From Styela clava (Eukaryota): a stretch of 64,000 nucleotides of DNA. The translations under genes were made by a program, and so were the position numbers. Under the pieces are notes generated by a model. That model made no database searches, was not told where the DNA came from, and saw only the letters and a program-made list of their open reading frames with translations. Below, piece after piece: positions 25,001-38,574 of this stretch; positions within the stretch are counted from its first letter, which is position 1; every line of letters begins with the position of its first letter. The DNA lies in NCBI RefSeq assembly GCF_964204865.1, contig NC_135264.1, forward strand, positions 7,068,001 to 7,132,000. Direction: 5' to 3'.

Positions 25001-27497
25001 ACTTGCAAACATTGTTAAGTTAATATGCAAATAAAGAGTCCTGCTGCACACTAACACAAATATATTTCTGTAACGTTTCGTCTGACCAAAATCACTTTTT
25101 AGTTTGCGTGTCTTCATCTGTTTTCTGAATGTCATCTTATATATTGACATTGGTCATTGATTCGGATTTTGGCACAAATTCAATAGACCTTCAAAATGAG
25201 ACTGTAACTCCGCATTCAAAGACAAATTTTTGATATTGTCATGTCGGCGTCAAGCTAATCAATCGTTTATTTGAATATAGATAATTAGATGCAGTCTGGC
25301 GAAAAGTTGATAAAATTGAAATCATTGCCAAATACAAAAAAATAAACTAATATTGATTGAAAAGTTCAAAAAAATTGTATATATAAACCTATGTGGTGTA
25401 AATCTCGATTCATTCATTTTATACAATACCAAATATTTCAAAATTACAGTAAATTTAACGTAGTATGCTCAAATGTATTAAATGGCCTTTTAATCAATCG
25501 CTGACCCGGGAACAATGTCCACCCAAATGGGTATTGATTTAGCATCGCTGTTTGGTACGTTTTCCTAGCGAGAAATTGCTTGTGTCTATTCTTGACCGAA
25601 GCGCACACTTGGCTCGGCCAAGTATAATCTATGCCTATTTTCAATGTTGTATCAAGCTTGCTTCGTATTACATTACCAATTTGACTAGTAACGATTTTAC
25701 ATGACTTATACGCATCGCCTAATGATAAGGAAGGCAGCCTGTAGTTTGAAATAAACATTTATTTATGTCCACCGTCTATCACGAATTAGGAAATTTGCTA
25801 TGTAACTTTTTTGAAAAATGCTAACGATTTTGACAACATTTTTATTGAATAAAACGATGGCGTGAAAATGTTTGATCTATGACGATCTAGGTATCATATA
25901 TATCATCGCCTAAAGAGAAAAAAAGTGGTCTTACCATTTGCCTAAGCTTCGATTTAATGCCTACTGATTGACTCCCAGCACTTCATTATCATTTATGAAA
26001 TTCATGTGATTTTTCAATTTAGAAATCGTTGGATATAGAATTCGTTTTTATGGATCACAAACATGTTTAAAAATAAAATTGGTTCAATCGCATTCGCGAA
26101 GAAAACTTTATTGCATCGACTTTATTGAACTTAATGATGCAGAATTTTCTCACTTAGGTGATATTTTTCCCAAACACAATGGTTTAAATTATTAAAAATA
26201 CTCTATGTTTAATATTAACAACTTAGTCTTGTCAAAAGAGGATAAAACGATTCTGGTTGGGTCGAAAAGCTTTACCAGCAGTTACATTTTAAAAGTAGTT
26301 GAGAAGAAATCACTAAAATTGTTTAAGTAAAGCTATATTGGCTACGCAGCATGGTGTTTTTTAAGTTGTGGTTTAGTTGTAATTTTTACACAATTATCAC
26401 CTCAAATACAACTCAAATTGTCGGTCATATTTTTGGCCAAAAATTGCTCAAGGATGAAGCAACGACCATGCTATAAATTATCGAACCAATCCTCATAAAC
26501 TCCTTGGCAACTGCGGATCTTAATATCCTTTTGAAGGTTCGATATTACCAGTTGATTTTCGCGTTTCAGTTTCAAACACTACTAACCAGTAAATTACCGA
26601 ACGATATCGGGAATGGATATAAAACATTCAATGGGTTTTCATGACCTGTCAAATTTTACCTTTTCACAAACGTGGTACAAACATGAATTGAACATAATGA
26701 AATAAATAAATAACACAGTGATCAATAACTTTTTGATAGAGCGATTGCTATTAAAGATAATCAAAATTAGTAAATTTAACATCAATTTGTACGCTCTGAT
26801 AGCGAACAACGTCAGTTAACTTATCCAATTATATAAAGATATGAGGATCCTAAATCAAGTTACTGTGAAATCTTGTAAATCTCATATAATTTTTAACTTG
26901 GAGATCAATATTTTACAATGATAACAAAAACATAAGTTGGGATTTTAGTATTGAAAATTTAAAGTCGAATGATTTCATTATGTCATGCAATCGCCACAAA
27001 AAAATCGTACACTTTGAGCGTGGTTCATGTTTGATCGTATTCAAAACGATTTATACCCAAAGTAACACCTATAAGCTAATGTTTGGGCAATAAAATACGC
27101 AACAAGATTATATAAGGGCATCGGAATGCGTGTAACTATTTTGTCGAACATGGGGTTTTTTATTTGCTTTTTCTTCATGTTGACATTAAAGTTTTATTTT
27201 GGAACTGAAGAATTTTTAGAAACTGGTTAATTTTATAATAATGTGACATCATACACCCGTACCGTTTATTACGTCATTTGCAATCTGCTTCATTTTAAAT
27301 TTTATGTTAATGTGGTGTCGGTTACAATAAAGATATTTACCTGCGTATTGGTCTAAGATGGTCGGCACGTATTCATCTGGGAATCCGCCTTGGCTGTAGC
27401 TGAGAAGCATACTAGTTTTTCCCACGGCTCCATCCCCAACGGTCACGCATCGGAGCATACTTGCCATTTTATCTTTATCTATTTTGTTGTCATTCAT
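22028..27497 (-). CDS. Rho-family GTPase, Cdc42 subfamily (RhoQ/TC10- or RhoJ/TCL-like), about 205 aa
   Basis: Exons 27497-27341, 23528-23317, 22276-22028 (618 nt). [45 protein letters not shown], short N-terminal extension and C-terminal CCPIS (CAAX preceded by a second Cys, as in TC10/TCL). Confidence 0.92.
24645..24807 (-). mobile_element. Short SINE-like element in Rho intron 1
   Basis: The - strand starts GGGGGCAGCATGGTCTAATCGTTAG (tRNA A-box-like); similar heads GGGGAGCATGGCCTA at about 42634 and 51533. Confidence 0.4.
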
Positions 27498-30400
27498 TCA
27501 TGCATGTACGGATGCTGAATATCCTGATCAATTGTATTCTTTTATGCTCAAAGTCTATTCATACACTTTACAGTATACAAGTTACTGTTAATGCTCCGGG
27601 CATAAAAATAACTCTTTGGCATATGCGAACATTATAATCTACCCTGAATAAAATTGAAAACAGCTGTTGAAGCGATGTTCAGATTTCTCTGCAACAATCA
27701 ATACAGATTTTTTATATCAAATTTGATATTTTACATACCATAACACGGCTCAAATACTGACATTTATAAAATGAAAGTCATGGTGTAGAATTGAAATGTT
27801 ATATCAAATTCCGCTAACGTTACGCTACCTTCGTTTTAATTATGTCTAGATTTTTTCACACCAATTCAAACTGAAGTATCTGTTGCTTGGTGGTCAGAGC
27901 AAGCAAGCTACACTGCTTAGGGCGTCGTGAAATGAGCGCGAGACACACACAATCACGAGCCTTTAACTTATGCATGCTTTGTGGCGCGGCTATGCTGGCT
28001 CTTTATTGAAGTATTCCGTTCATTAGTGACACGAATTTCAAATTTACAGACATTCGGACTTAGCTACAATCAGAAAAGATAATCCGTCTTACGCAAAACC
28101 CTGCCTGCGGCCAACGCTTAGCCTCCTAATCAGCGTACTGAACGATACAGTAGCCTGCACTGAAATGCAATACTGCTGAGCCGCTCCGAGGAAGCGAATC
28201 GGATATTACATCATCGAGACAGCAAGGATATCATAAAGGCATCATAAAGCTTTCAACGCCTCAGTCAACGTAGGATATAAGCCTAAACAAGAGGTGTCTG
28301 CTAATCGCGTTGACCGCGTACATGTAGCGTCTGGTGGACTAATTAGTCACAGTCTTATGATCTGCGTTTGCCTGTTAAAACAATTTAATGTACACGAGAA
28401 GCGTGATAGGCCTTAGCTGCCTGCACAAATAATTTAATTACGGTTATTTGGAATAAGAGCTGCCTTATATCGACATGACCGCCATGCTTGACGTATTTCC
28501 CTGTTTCGATTTGGAATAATTGTCCTGGTTGCCAAAGATTGGATTATACGTTAAGCGCGCTCGCACCATGATACACGGTACGGCCATGTATGTTACGTAG
28601 TAACAGATTTGTCACCAGCGTCATATCCCATGTTTTAAAATACAATGACATCTGCGGTGATGACGTCACTGACACAAACTGTTGTTATTCTGATATTAAA
28701 TCATGTTGCAGTATAGTTAGCTTATTAAAGGACATACTTGATATGTCGGTGGTAAAAATTGTTGCGATGAAAGATTAAACCAAGGTCGAATGTTAGAATA
28801 CAAAAAGAAAATCACCACGACACGCTTCCTTGAAAAATATTGCCCGGTTCATTTTCTCAAATCTAACGATAAATGGAATTTCCATTTCTAACAAGTGAGT
28901 AAGTAATGCACTTCTTGTTAGTTAATTAAGTTTCAATATACATACTTTATGTAGTATAGAAAGATAACACCAGATTTCTGTTTCTTCGCAAACAGCAAGC
29001 GACAATTTTCACCGCGGGTTATGCTCACTATATATATTTTTGCTGATTACAATTCACAATGGAGCTTTCACTCAATATTGCTGCTCTATCTATACAACAC
29101 ATACCAATCGAAATTGATTAATACTATGTCGCCGTGGCCACAAATAGTAGCCGACTGCGAAGAGCCGTTCTTTATTGTTCCATTTGGAATGTATATTTTG
29201 GTATTATTTCTTTTGAGTTGTTTTTCGTATTGAGTTTGAATTGTTGTATCACTATAAGTAACATTTTAAAATTTTTTTTTAATAATTTTACTACCAAATT
29301 ACTACTTCCCCCTATTGCTGCAGTGCCACTTTGGCCCGATTCTTACACATTTCTCAAGGGGAAGGGGTTGTTATTTATTGAACGGGTCCTGAAAGACAGA
29401 AAATCATGAGAGGAAAAAGGATAGAACTGCGAAATTGAATTACATTCGATTATCTTATCGAAACCGCAAAATCTTTTCCGTGCTTCCAGTATCTTGTACG
29501 TAAAATCCAGCTTTCAAAAGTATGTTCTCGATCATGCGCTCAACCATCGAATCCGTCCAACCATTATTTCACTGGTAGGGCCTCTTCATTTGGGGCATTT
29601 GACACAGTCCAAATCGCAAATTTGTTAATATTTACAGGATGATAACATAAATAACTGACAACCATCTCTGCTATCAATGACTTGAAGTACGTTAAATGAC
29701 TTCTCAATGCAAAAGGAACAAAGTCTTTATAATTATGTCGTAATAGGCTACTCGTAGCGGTACTATTTATACCTATATATTCTATATTTAACCAACAGCA
29801 TTTCTACTGGGTATGTATCATTTGGATTTTTTTTGACTTTTCAAGTATGTTTTGTGGTAATACAACCGAGATTGCGTCAACATAAACTTGAACTAAAATT
29901 AATTTACCCCCCCCTCCCCATTATTTGGAGTCAAAAATAGATAAATTATGAGTAACTGCGGAGGAAACTTTCACCACTCAATGAAAACAGTCAATGCAGC
30001 AAGTGTTGACTGATATACTTTGAGATAAGTATATCTGTAGTATTTCTATGGTATTGCACGAACACTGAATTACGCCACAGTCTACACCGAGTGGTAACGC
30101 CAAATATTTATTTAGGCGAGTACTATTCAATAATACGAATCCACTGGTTCAAAAATTTCTCTAGGGTGTCCGGTGTAAAAAAGTTCGACAATAATATATC
30201 ATCAATTACTGAAAATATGCGATCAGTCAGAAGTGAATAGTATATGGGTGAAAATACTAAAAGTAGCAATAAAGATCGTTTTTCTGGCACAGTATCATAA
30301 AAATAGTCTCATAGTTATTGTTTCAACATGAAAAAAAAATTTTTGACACTCAGAAAGATATGATAAAACAAATGAAACTCCAAAATTAGCAATAGCCTGC

Positions 30401-30633
30401 AAGCTTGATATCACTATGTATATTGGATAAAGATAGCTATAGAAATAGAATTGACACTTCTTGTATAGTTTTACAGTGACAAATAGGCTTTTAAATAAAC
30501 AACATTTTTAATATTTAGCAATCCCTCTTTTTATTGAATTAGGAATGCTGTGCTAACATAGGCCAGGTTAGTTAAACAGTATTTTCGATTAACGCCAGTT
30601 TACTACAGAAAACATAATCCTATCTCCTTTTTT

Positions 30634-33600
30634 CTATAACGCATTATATAATTCATTATCTACAACTAATTTCTCGTCTGAAACACTACGTTTATTTTTC
30701 TTTTGTTTGTTGACTTCGCTGTATATAGGAATATCGTTGACTTCTTCTACTGGAGAATCGTTATTTGATATGTCGTTCAAATCAATGGTTTTGCTTTTCT
30801 TCAACTTCTGATGTGTTGTATGGAGCCTAAATTGAAAGTATCAGTACAATGAATTATGAAGTACATACATTTTAAAGTACAGCAATATAGGTGTCAAACT
30901 ATCCACAGCCATAAATTGACATTTTTACATTTTTGTTTTCATTGAATGTAACTTCGGGTTTTTATCAAGCAAAAATTTAGACGTCCTTTTGAAAAAATAT
31001 TGAGTTTAACAGTTTTATTCATCTTACACTTATGAAAAGTAAACCTGTTCGCGATATGAACAATTACTTTCCTCATAATGTCTTGATGCAATTCATCACT
31101 ATATATATATATATATATACAGAAGTTGATTTCAAATATTTTTATAGTGAAGAAAGCGAAGAATACCTTATCATCTGTTAAATATTCTTAGTTTATTTAT
31201 TTCACTCATACCTTACAGCCGATAGTATCAATGCAATCGCTAAGATTCCACATAGGATCCCAAGAATAATGACAACGAGGCTTTCAGTTGTTTGTCCTTT
31301 ACTGTTTTCGTAAACGACATGGTTCACCCCTGCTCAAAATAATACATTTTCTTAATATTTTGTTTGATATGATTATAGCTTTAATGTCTATTCTTACACT
31401 TTGTTTAATGTCTATTCTTACACTTACGTCCAAGAGTAACGGTAGCGGCTGCGTTAAGTGAAAATTGAGATGTACCTCTGGTAGCTTGATCGGGTTTCTG
31501 CGTTGAGCTTATAAATGCGGCATCGGTGGTTGATACTGCAAACGATTTATTAAATTCATTCACATTTGGAGTTATAATGCAGGAGTGAATATTATCTGGA
31601 TTGGAGATTAATTTTGCGAGCATGAAATTCGTATCTTTCCGTAATTAAGCTATCAGGTTCATCTCATTATTAACCAAAAGTGACCAATAGTCTTCGAGTA
31701 GATAGGCACATTGTTGGGAATACAACACCCTCGGTTGGGTAATAAATTGCTAATATGCTCCCAGTACAGAGAAGCATGTGTGGTGTTTGTTAGGAATAAA
31801 AATATTAGCGTTGCTGCATGCTTTTTCTGTAGTTATGTATACCCATGCACCACAATCAGTTTTGGGTATCCACATCCACAATTCTACATTGAAATTACCA
31901 CTTTTAAAGACTTTTTAGCCCATTGTAGGTATTTTTGGGGAGTAAAATATTTTCAGCTTAAAATTTGCTTAGAGATAGATGAGTGAATAGGGAGAGCAAG
32001 ACCTCATTGGAATTTTCGGCAATAGTGACTACCACTACCAGAGCACTTTTGCAGTGTATTTGTGTCAAAATATACCAGAGTCCAAATTAATTTGCACAAT
32101 AGGAAATATGTCTGTACGTAAATTATCTGAAGATAACAAGTTTGTGCGTCATTTTGTTGTCGATAGCTTTTTTACCTCACTCTCTTTTATCGCAACCTAA
32201 CCTCTAGATTACGTTAGAATAATTTAATGATCACCTGAGTCATTATTATAAGCAACGTAGCTGTATTTTATTTTGAATATGTGCCAATCTTTGTAATCAT
32301 GATTGTCGCTTTCGAACAAAACTTTTGGAGGATATGCGTCTTTTCCGGTGAACCAAATCTTGTGTGTACATGTGGTAGTAGCATTGTGAAGGATTTCACA
32401 ATCAATTTTGTCAGGTTTAAATATAAAGCAAACACCTGGTTGGAAGTCACATATGTTCTGACCTGTTTCGAAAAAAAATTTGTAAGATCACATACATTAT
32501 TCAAAAAAATAAGGTAAAATTTTTGCTAGTTTCATAATATGTTGATTATGCCATAACTTACTTGTCGAGAAATGTAGCGTGGATGCAATTTGGATGCCAT
32601 TGACTTCTTTATTATAAATTACAGACAGCTTCATAGGTGACCCATAGGGCTGGGCATTTTAATCGAAACGAAATTTTGCTTTCGAAACGAAATCGAAACG
32701 AAACACACGTTTGTCACAGACAGTGAAACATGTCACCAATATTACCCAACGAATTTATTGTACCGTATATATACTGGCCACGGTACATATTTTCCAGAAT
32801 TAAAACTACAAAAAGGAAGCACTGGTGGCTAATTCGTAAGCATGAACCGATAATGATAATTCCACAAACGTTTCTGCTTAATGACAAAGCAGTGACCAAA
32901 TGGCACCAGAATAATACGAATTACGTCATTGTTAGAGATGGGGCTCACAAGCAGCATAGCATATGGGGCTCTTAACGTATCAATGCTCATTTTCTATTTT
33001 ATCCGACGCCACAGATCCTCTTGATCCAGTACATTGTAAAAAATATTTTTTAATCTGAATTCCGAATACATTCTAAACTCCAGGAACATAGGAAATGGGC
33101 TTTCATGATATTATCGGTGAGTGAAATTAGTTATTTTTGCTCTAGGGAAATGGACTTAATTAATAAACATTACAGTAGTTATGAATTGTGGCCTATCTTG
33201 ACCAGCACAGAAAAAAGAACAACTAGGCGCCCAGAGAAATGTTTTAAATTATACGGTAAAATTAACATTAACTCATTGACTGTTTATCGTCAACGTGACA
33301 TCGACCTCGTTCAACTAAATTTCGCCACAATTATCCCTTCCCACAAATATTGACTATTGTGCTACTGGGGGGAATTGATTTTTATTTTGCTTATAACGCG
33401 ATCATCGTCGTAATGAAATGAGTGGACCCGATTCACAAATTTCCATCCGCCAATGACGGAGAATTAAGACTGAAAATCGTGTTTTATTTTTCTTCAAGGC
33501 AGCTCTGTGATTTAAATATTTCATGTCGACTGTTGTGGTTTTAGTATTGTTTTTAAGTTAATACCACAAACTTGAACTGAACGATATTATTATTAACGAC

Positions 33601-35032
33601 GGCAGTCTAACAATAAAATCTGCGATATATACTAAATAATATTTAAGAGCTATTTCCTATGAGGTAAATGCAAGAAATGCTCGGTCATTATCAAAACTAA
33701 GGATGAAAAAGAATAATTACGACAAAATTTGATTTTATATTTATTGCCGCGCTAACACAGACTATCTCGACAATGTTGAAATATACGATAATAATTGTAA
33801 AATATTTTCAATCAAAAACTTCCCCGATAAGTTATACTGCAAGTCGGCGCTGACTTGAATCATTTCATGTCGACAGTCATTTATTGCGCGTCGCAAAGAG
33901 TGTCTTCGATTACGATAAAACATAAAAAATGAAATAATTGTGAAATGTTTTCAATCAAACCGCGGACGGCGGCGCTAGGACTTGTGTGCGATATTCAATA
34001 TTCTTATAAACACTAAAAACGATATTTGAGAGTCGCAATATTCGAATGAATTCGGATATTAATTTCGAATTGGACATCGCTGAATAATACCTTGACTGAT
34101 TTCTGGTTGCATTTGCTATGACGTCATAATATCCGTTTCGGAAGTCGAATGAGCGCCGTTTCGACATATCAGTGTTTCGAAACGTATCGAAACAGTGTTT
34201 CGAAACGCCCAGCCCTAGTGACCCATTGGTTTAGCAGTACATCAAATAGCCTGAAAAACCTAGAGGTCGAGACAACATCAACGGCGATTTCTTAGTATTT
34301 GTTTCATCTGTTCTGGGAATAATTGACAATACTAAATGAATGACAGCTCACAGCTATCTGGGTATGTCGACTGACATTTATTTTCTTTGGGACAAGCTGC
34401 GAAGCTCAGAAAAAGAAAGTTTGTTAATGTAACTGTACAAGTACAACAAAGAAAAATTTTGTTGGTGAAAAACACTCGAAGCCAATTGTGAGCCAATTCT
34501 ATTTGATATTGGTCTAACAGAAAGAGGATGCCTACCTACAGGAGTGCCAAAGTAAAATCTTGCGAGATAATTTGATTCCCCTTTTCTTCAACGAAAATCT
34601 TTATGTGAAATATGGTATATAACTGTGGAATAAAGTAGGCCAACGGAAATATATCAAACAAACCATTTAAGCTCAGTCGTACGCTATACCACCATTATTC
34701 ATCTCTGTGTTTTGCAACTAATTTCATTTTATCTATTTTCAAGATGATTGCTTCTCCCTTGGATGTCGACGCGTCGGAAAATTTCCACGAGCAATTTTCG
34801 TTCTTACTTTTTTGATAAGGTGGTGTTGATATATATCCTTCAGTATTGTTTAGATACAAATTTTCAAGACTGCAATATCCTCTGGAACAATTTGTCAAAT
34901 AGGCTAAATACAACAAAAATATTTGTTTAATATACCCGAATTTCGATTAGAAGTGTATAGTATTGTACGCGTTTACTTACCTAGGATAATATTCGCGTAC
35001 AAAACGTACTGGGAATACGACATTGCTTTCAT
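30634..35032 (-). pseudogene. CUB-like single-pass receptor, copy A (subfamily alpha); one in-frame nonsense codon, otherwise intact
   Basis: Exons 35032-34981, 34903-34664, 32462-32235, 31535-31428, 31329-31212, 30826-30634 (939 nt). Leader MKAMSYSQYVLYANIILAYL, GYISTPPY...NCSWKF, TM LVVIILGILCGILAIALILSAV, tail with PIYSEV and DNELYNAL. TAA at 34697-34695 where copy C has TAC. Confidence 0.8.
32645..34217. mobile_element. Non-autonomous hAT (Ac-type ends) element in intron 2 of receptor copy A
   Basis: 11-bp TIR TAGGGCTGGGC, perfect 8-bp TSD GTGACCCA, subterminal CGAAAC repeats. The paralogous site near 45134 (GTGGCCCA) is empty. Confidence 0.92.
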
Positions 35033-36997
35033 TACTGAATACATTAATGATCAAGCTATAGTGCAGTAAAATAAGAATAGTTGTTTTCAATTTTTTTTTG
35101 TATGTGGAACCACCGTAGTAAAAATTAGTCTGTTAGATCTATAACGTTCACGACCCCTTTTTCTATCCCTGAAATAATGATATACAAAAATTACGCAGCA
35201 AAGTAAGTTTCGGCATCTTTTATCAAGTTGTCTACAATTTCTTCCTACCTTCTATCCTAATATATAAGCTTTCATTTCAAATTTGAATGTAAATGATGCG
35301 TGAGATATTTATATCTGTCCCCCATGGATCATCGACATGACTATGTTGTTTAGTAATATATTAACCTTGCTCAGTTTGGATGATTCATCAGTTTTCATGA
35401 AGTGACTTCCTCTGCATCAATTTCATTTAAGTTCCGTTCAAGACTTTTTTACAATGTACTGATACCGTTTATACTAGGAAGTTTCATTTTTTACCTCTAA
35501 CTATATTTCTACTTAGACTGCTACATAACTTGTATTTTCTGGATACAAAATGAAGATGCGTTTAACATTTAATCGACTAGTAGTTTGGACTAGTCATTCC
35601 ATTCGTTTGCACTAATTTTGATCGTGAAATGACGCTTGATGAAGTATCCTGTCTGAGTATGGTCAGTATTGAGTAAACAGTATTGTAACTGGTAACCCTT
35701 TGTGCGTATAACCTTTTTCACCAACATTTCAACTAATGCATAGGCTGGATTTTGCTCATTTTTTATATGTTAATATTATCTGGGGATCGTGTACGAACTA
35801 CGAAGTCATGCTGAGTCGTGGTTTCGGCCGATATATTTTCACTGGGGGAGATTTAACCATCCAAGCTCTGTTCAGTATATAGTCATGTCTTGAAATGAGA
35901 TGACACTTGTTAAACAGACTGGACACCTAGTTTTATCAAACCCAAACTCAAACCTTAAAACATCAAATGTATGTTTCTGGTGTCCAATCCTGTTTTTGCT
36001 TTTGACACTATCATGGGCACTATTTCAGTGCTTAACAGTTAACATGCCACTCGAAACATGACAGAAATGCTCAAATATATGGATACAAAAGTCAAATGAT
36101 TGCATCATAAAGTTCTCCCAATATGAAATAACCCTATTTTCAACGATTAATTGACCATTTATTATGAACGTCGATTTTACTGAATAAGATATTTATTAGG
36201 ACTATGCGACTCTAAAATTTCGTAGTAAGACTTGTGGTTTTCCTTGGTACTTAATTAACAAAAGCAACTCACCGGGTTTTACAGTATTCAGTAACCTGAA
36301 TAAAATTTGCTTATATCTTATATTACAAAAAACCTTTCAGAGCGACTGATTAATAAACATGATATATGTTTTTGCATACTTGTCTGCACAATGCTCACGC
36401 TCACTATGTAATGATAATAGCCCACACACCATAGGTTAACAGGAAATAGTGGATGCCTAGTTAAATATTCTGCATCCTTTTAATCCAGGTACGGTATATT
36501 GGAACAATTGTTATACCTAACTCTAAAAAGCAAAAACACTTTTATAAAACAGCTCATCATTGCAATATTTATCAATGCATATAGTGGACTATACATAACT
36601 TAATTCTAAAATGACATAAGTTTATGAATCGCTTGTGGAGAGACAGTAGATGAGTGGTGTGTTGTTACACTGATAATAATTTTGCTCAACTTGGGAATCA
36701 TGTTTTTACCGTTTTAATTTCTATTTCATTAGTAAGAGACAAAAGTCTAGAATTCGCTTCACAACTGCAAATTTAGAAACTGACCACGTCTATAACAGTC
36801 GTGTATGGAGTATCCATATTCATTCATACCACTAGGAGTGCCATTGAGCATTTCCTTTTCAGCTGGTTTGTCAAACTGCCGTCAATGTGGGATTCGCTTA
36901 TGTGCAAAGTCATTATTATAGTGTTGTTGTCGTGAGTTAGTGTTTTCGTAACTAGTCAACACTTGCAGTTAATTTTCTGTGTGATTACCACATTTCC

Positions 36998-37236
36998 GGT
37001 AACTCCCGTAGTATGTGCAACTAGATGGCGGGTACCGGAACGTAGTATGTGTATCAGGGAAAGGTTAGGCCATAATTTCAGGTACAAATACTACGGGAGT
37101 CACTTGGCTAGTCCCCGAACTCGTAATAGAACTAAAATAGGGAAAATTTGAATGAAATTATGGCCTAAACCTAACCTGGTACACATACTATGTTCAGGTG
37201 TCCGCCATTATGTTGTGTACATACTACGGGAGCGCC
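36998..37236. mobile_element. MITE with about 85-bp imperfect TIRs (possibly Merlin-type)
   Basis: Arms beginning GGTAACTCCCGTAGTATGT and ending ACATACTACGGGAGCGCC; direct repeat CATTTCC(G) on both flanks. Superfamily assignment is tentative. Confidence 0.8.
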
Positions 37237-37708
37237 CATTTCCGTGCCTTTTTAGATGTCACAGCATTCGATCTGTATTGTACTGATAGTGTCACACTAA
37301 TTTTTTTTATTCATTTCTACGTATGTTTTTCCAGGTTTTCACACATCCGATTACGAGTCATTTCTTTGGGATTGTGACGTCGTAGACTATTTGCGTATCT
37401 TGTGTTTTATGGTATTTGTACTATATTTTCATGTTTTACTGTCGATTCATCCCAATATTCGTTTGTATTGAGCTCTTACATTTGTCAAATTATTATAGGT
37501 TCACTTGGTTGGAACCGCAAGAAGATAGTTTGCATCATTAGCAATTTAGTATCCAGGAAAATGGCAAAAGAAGCCGGAGTGGTGATACTTATCTACGCCC
37601 AATAAAGGTACGCCATGCACTTCAAGCACTATTGGGAGAGATTGGCGACAATTTTATTTAGCATTCAAACAAGAAATTTACATGAAAATATATCTGCTAT
37701 TTAATACG

Positions 37709-38000
37709 CAGGGCCGGATTTAGACGATGAGTGGCCCCTAGGCTATGCCATTTGATTAATTCAATTATTTGACCCTTTTAATTTTTCAACTTTTCATACG
37801 GTAAATATTCGGAACAAAAAATATTGAGACGATTAAAAAGAATTAAACAAATATCAATTTCATGAATTTTCCAACTGTTTTTTATTCTGGAACAAGTCTT
37901 CACGATTAAAAATTTAATGAAAAACAGTCTAATAGTTCAAAATTAAATGTCTAGACCCCGAGGCTGGAGGCTTCAGGCTATATTGGTAAATCCAGCACTG
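37709..38000. mobile_element. hAT (Tip100-type) MITE
   Basis: Ends CAGGGCCGGATTTA / TAAATCCAGCACTG; TSD degenerate. A related terminus occurs at about 49544. Confidence 0.65.
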
Positions 38001-38574
38001 CTTATACATATTACGTAATACCAAATTAGTCCATTGTTACTTTATAGTTTGATATCTAATAGACCTTTAATATCTCTTGAATTAAACAAGCTTAATATTT
38101 TTTGAAACATTCCAATGTAGAAAAATGTATACAAGGTCACGTAAATAATGTTTGTAAACAAACCAAATACATTAAAACTATGTTTAAAAATATTTAAGAT
38201 TGAATACCACATAAAATGGTTGTGAAAAGGATTAAATTCTTGAAATATTCATCTATTGTTAATCTGAAAATAATATATATATATAAATACACTTCATTTT
38301 TGTTTAGTTCAAAAACATAATATCTGACAAATGCACACTCTACTTAACCCTAAAATTCAATCAACCTAAAATACAATATTTCACAGATTATATCGATAAC
38401 GCTGGAGGACTGAAGAAGTGTATCTTCTATCTAGCCGGCTTAAAGTATATTAAATTAGTCGAGATTCGTACCTAGAACGACATAACAGGAAGATGATTCA
38501 ATGAATCTAAATTCAACAACCAATTGACTTGCCGTAAAGTTTCGAAGAGCTCCAAGCATTTTCAAAAAGCTTAT

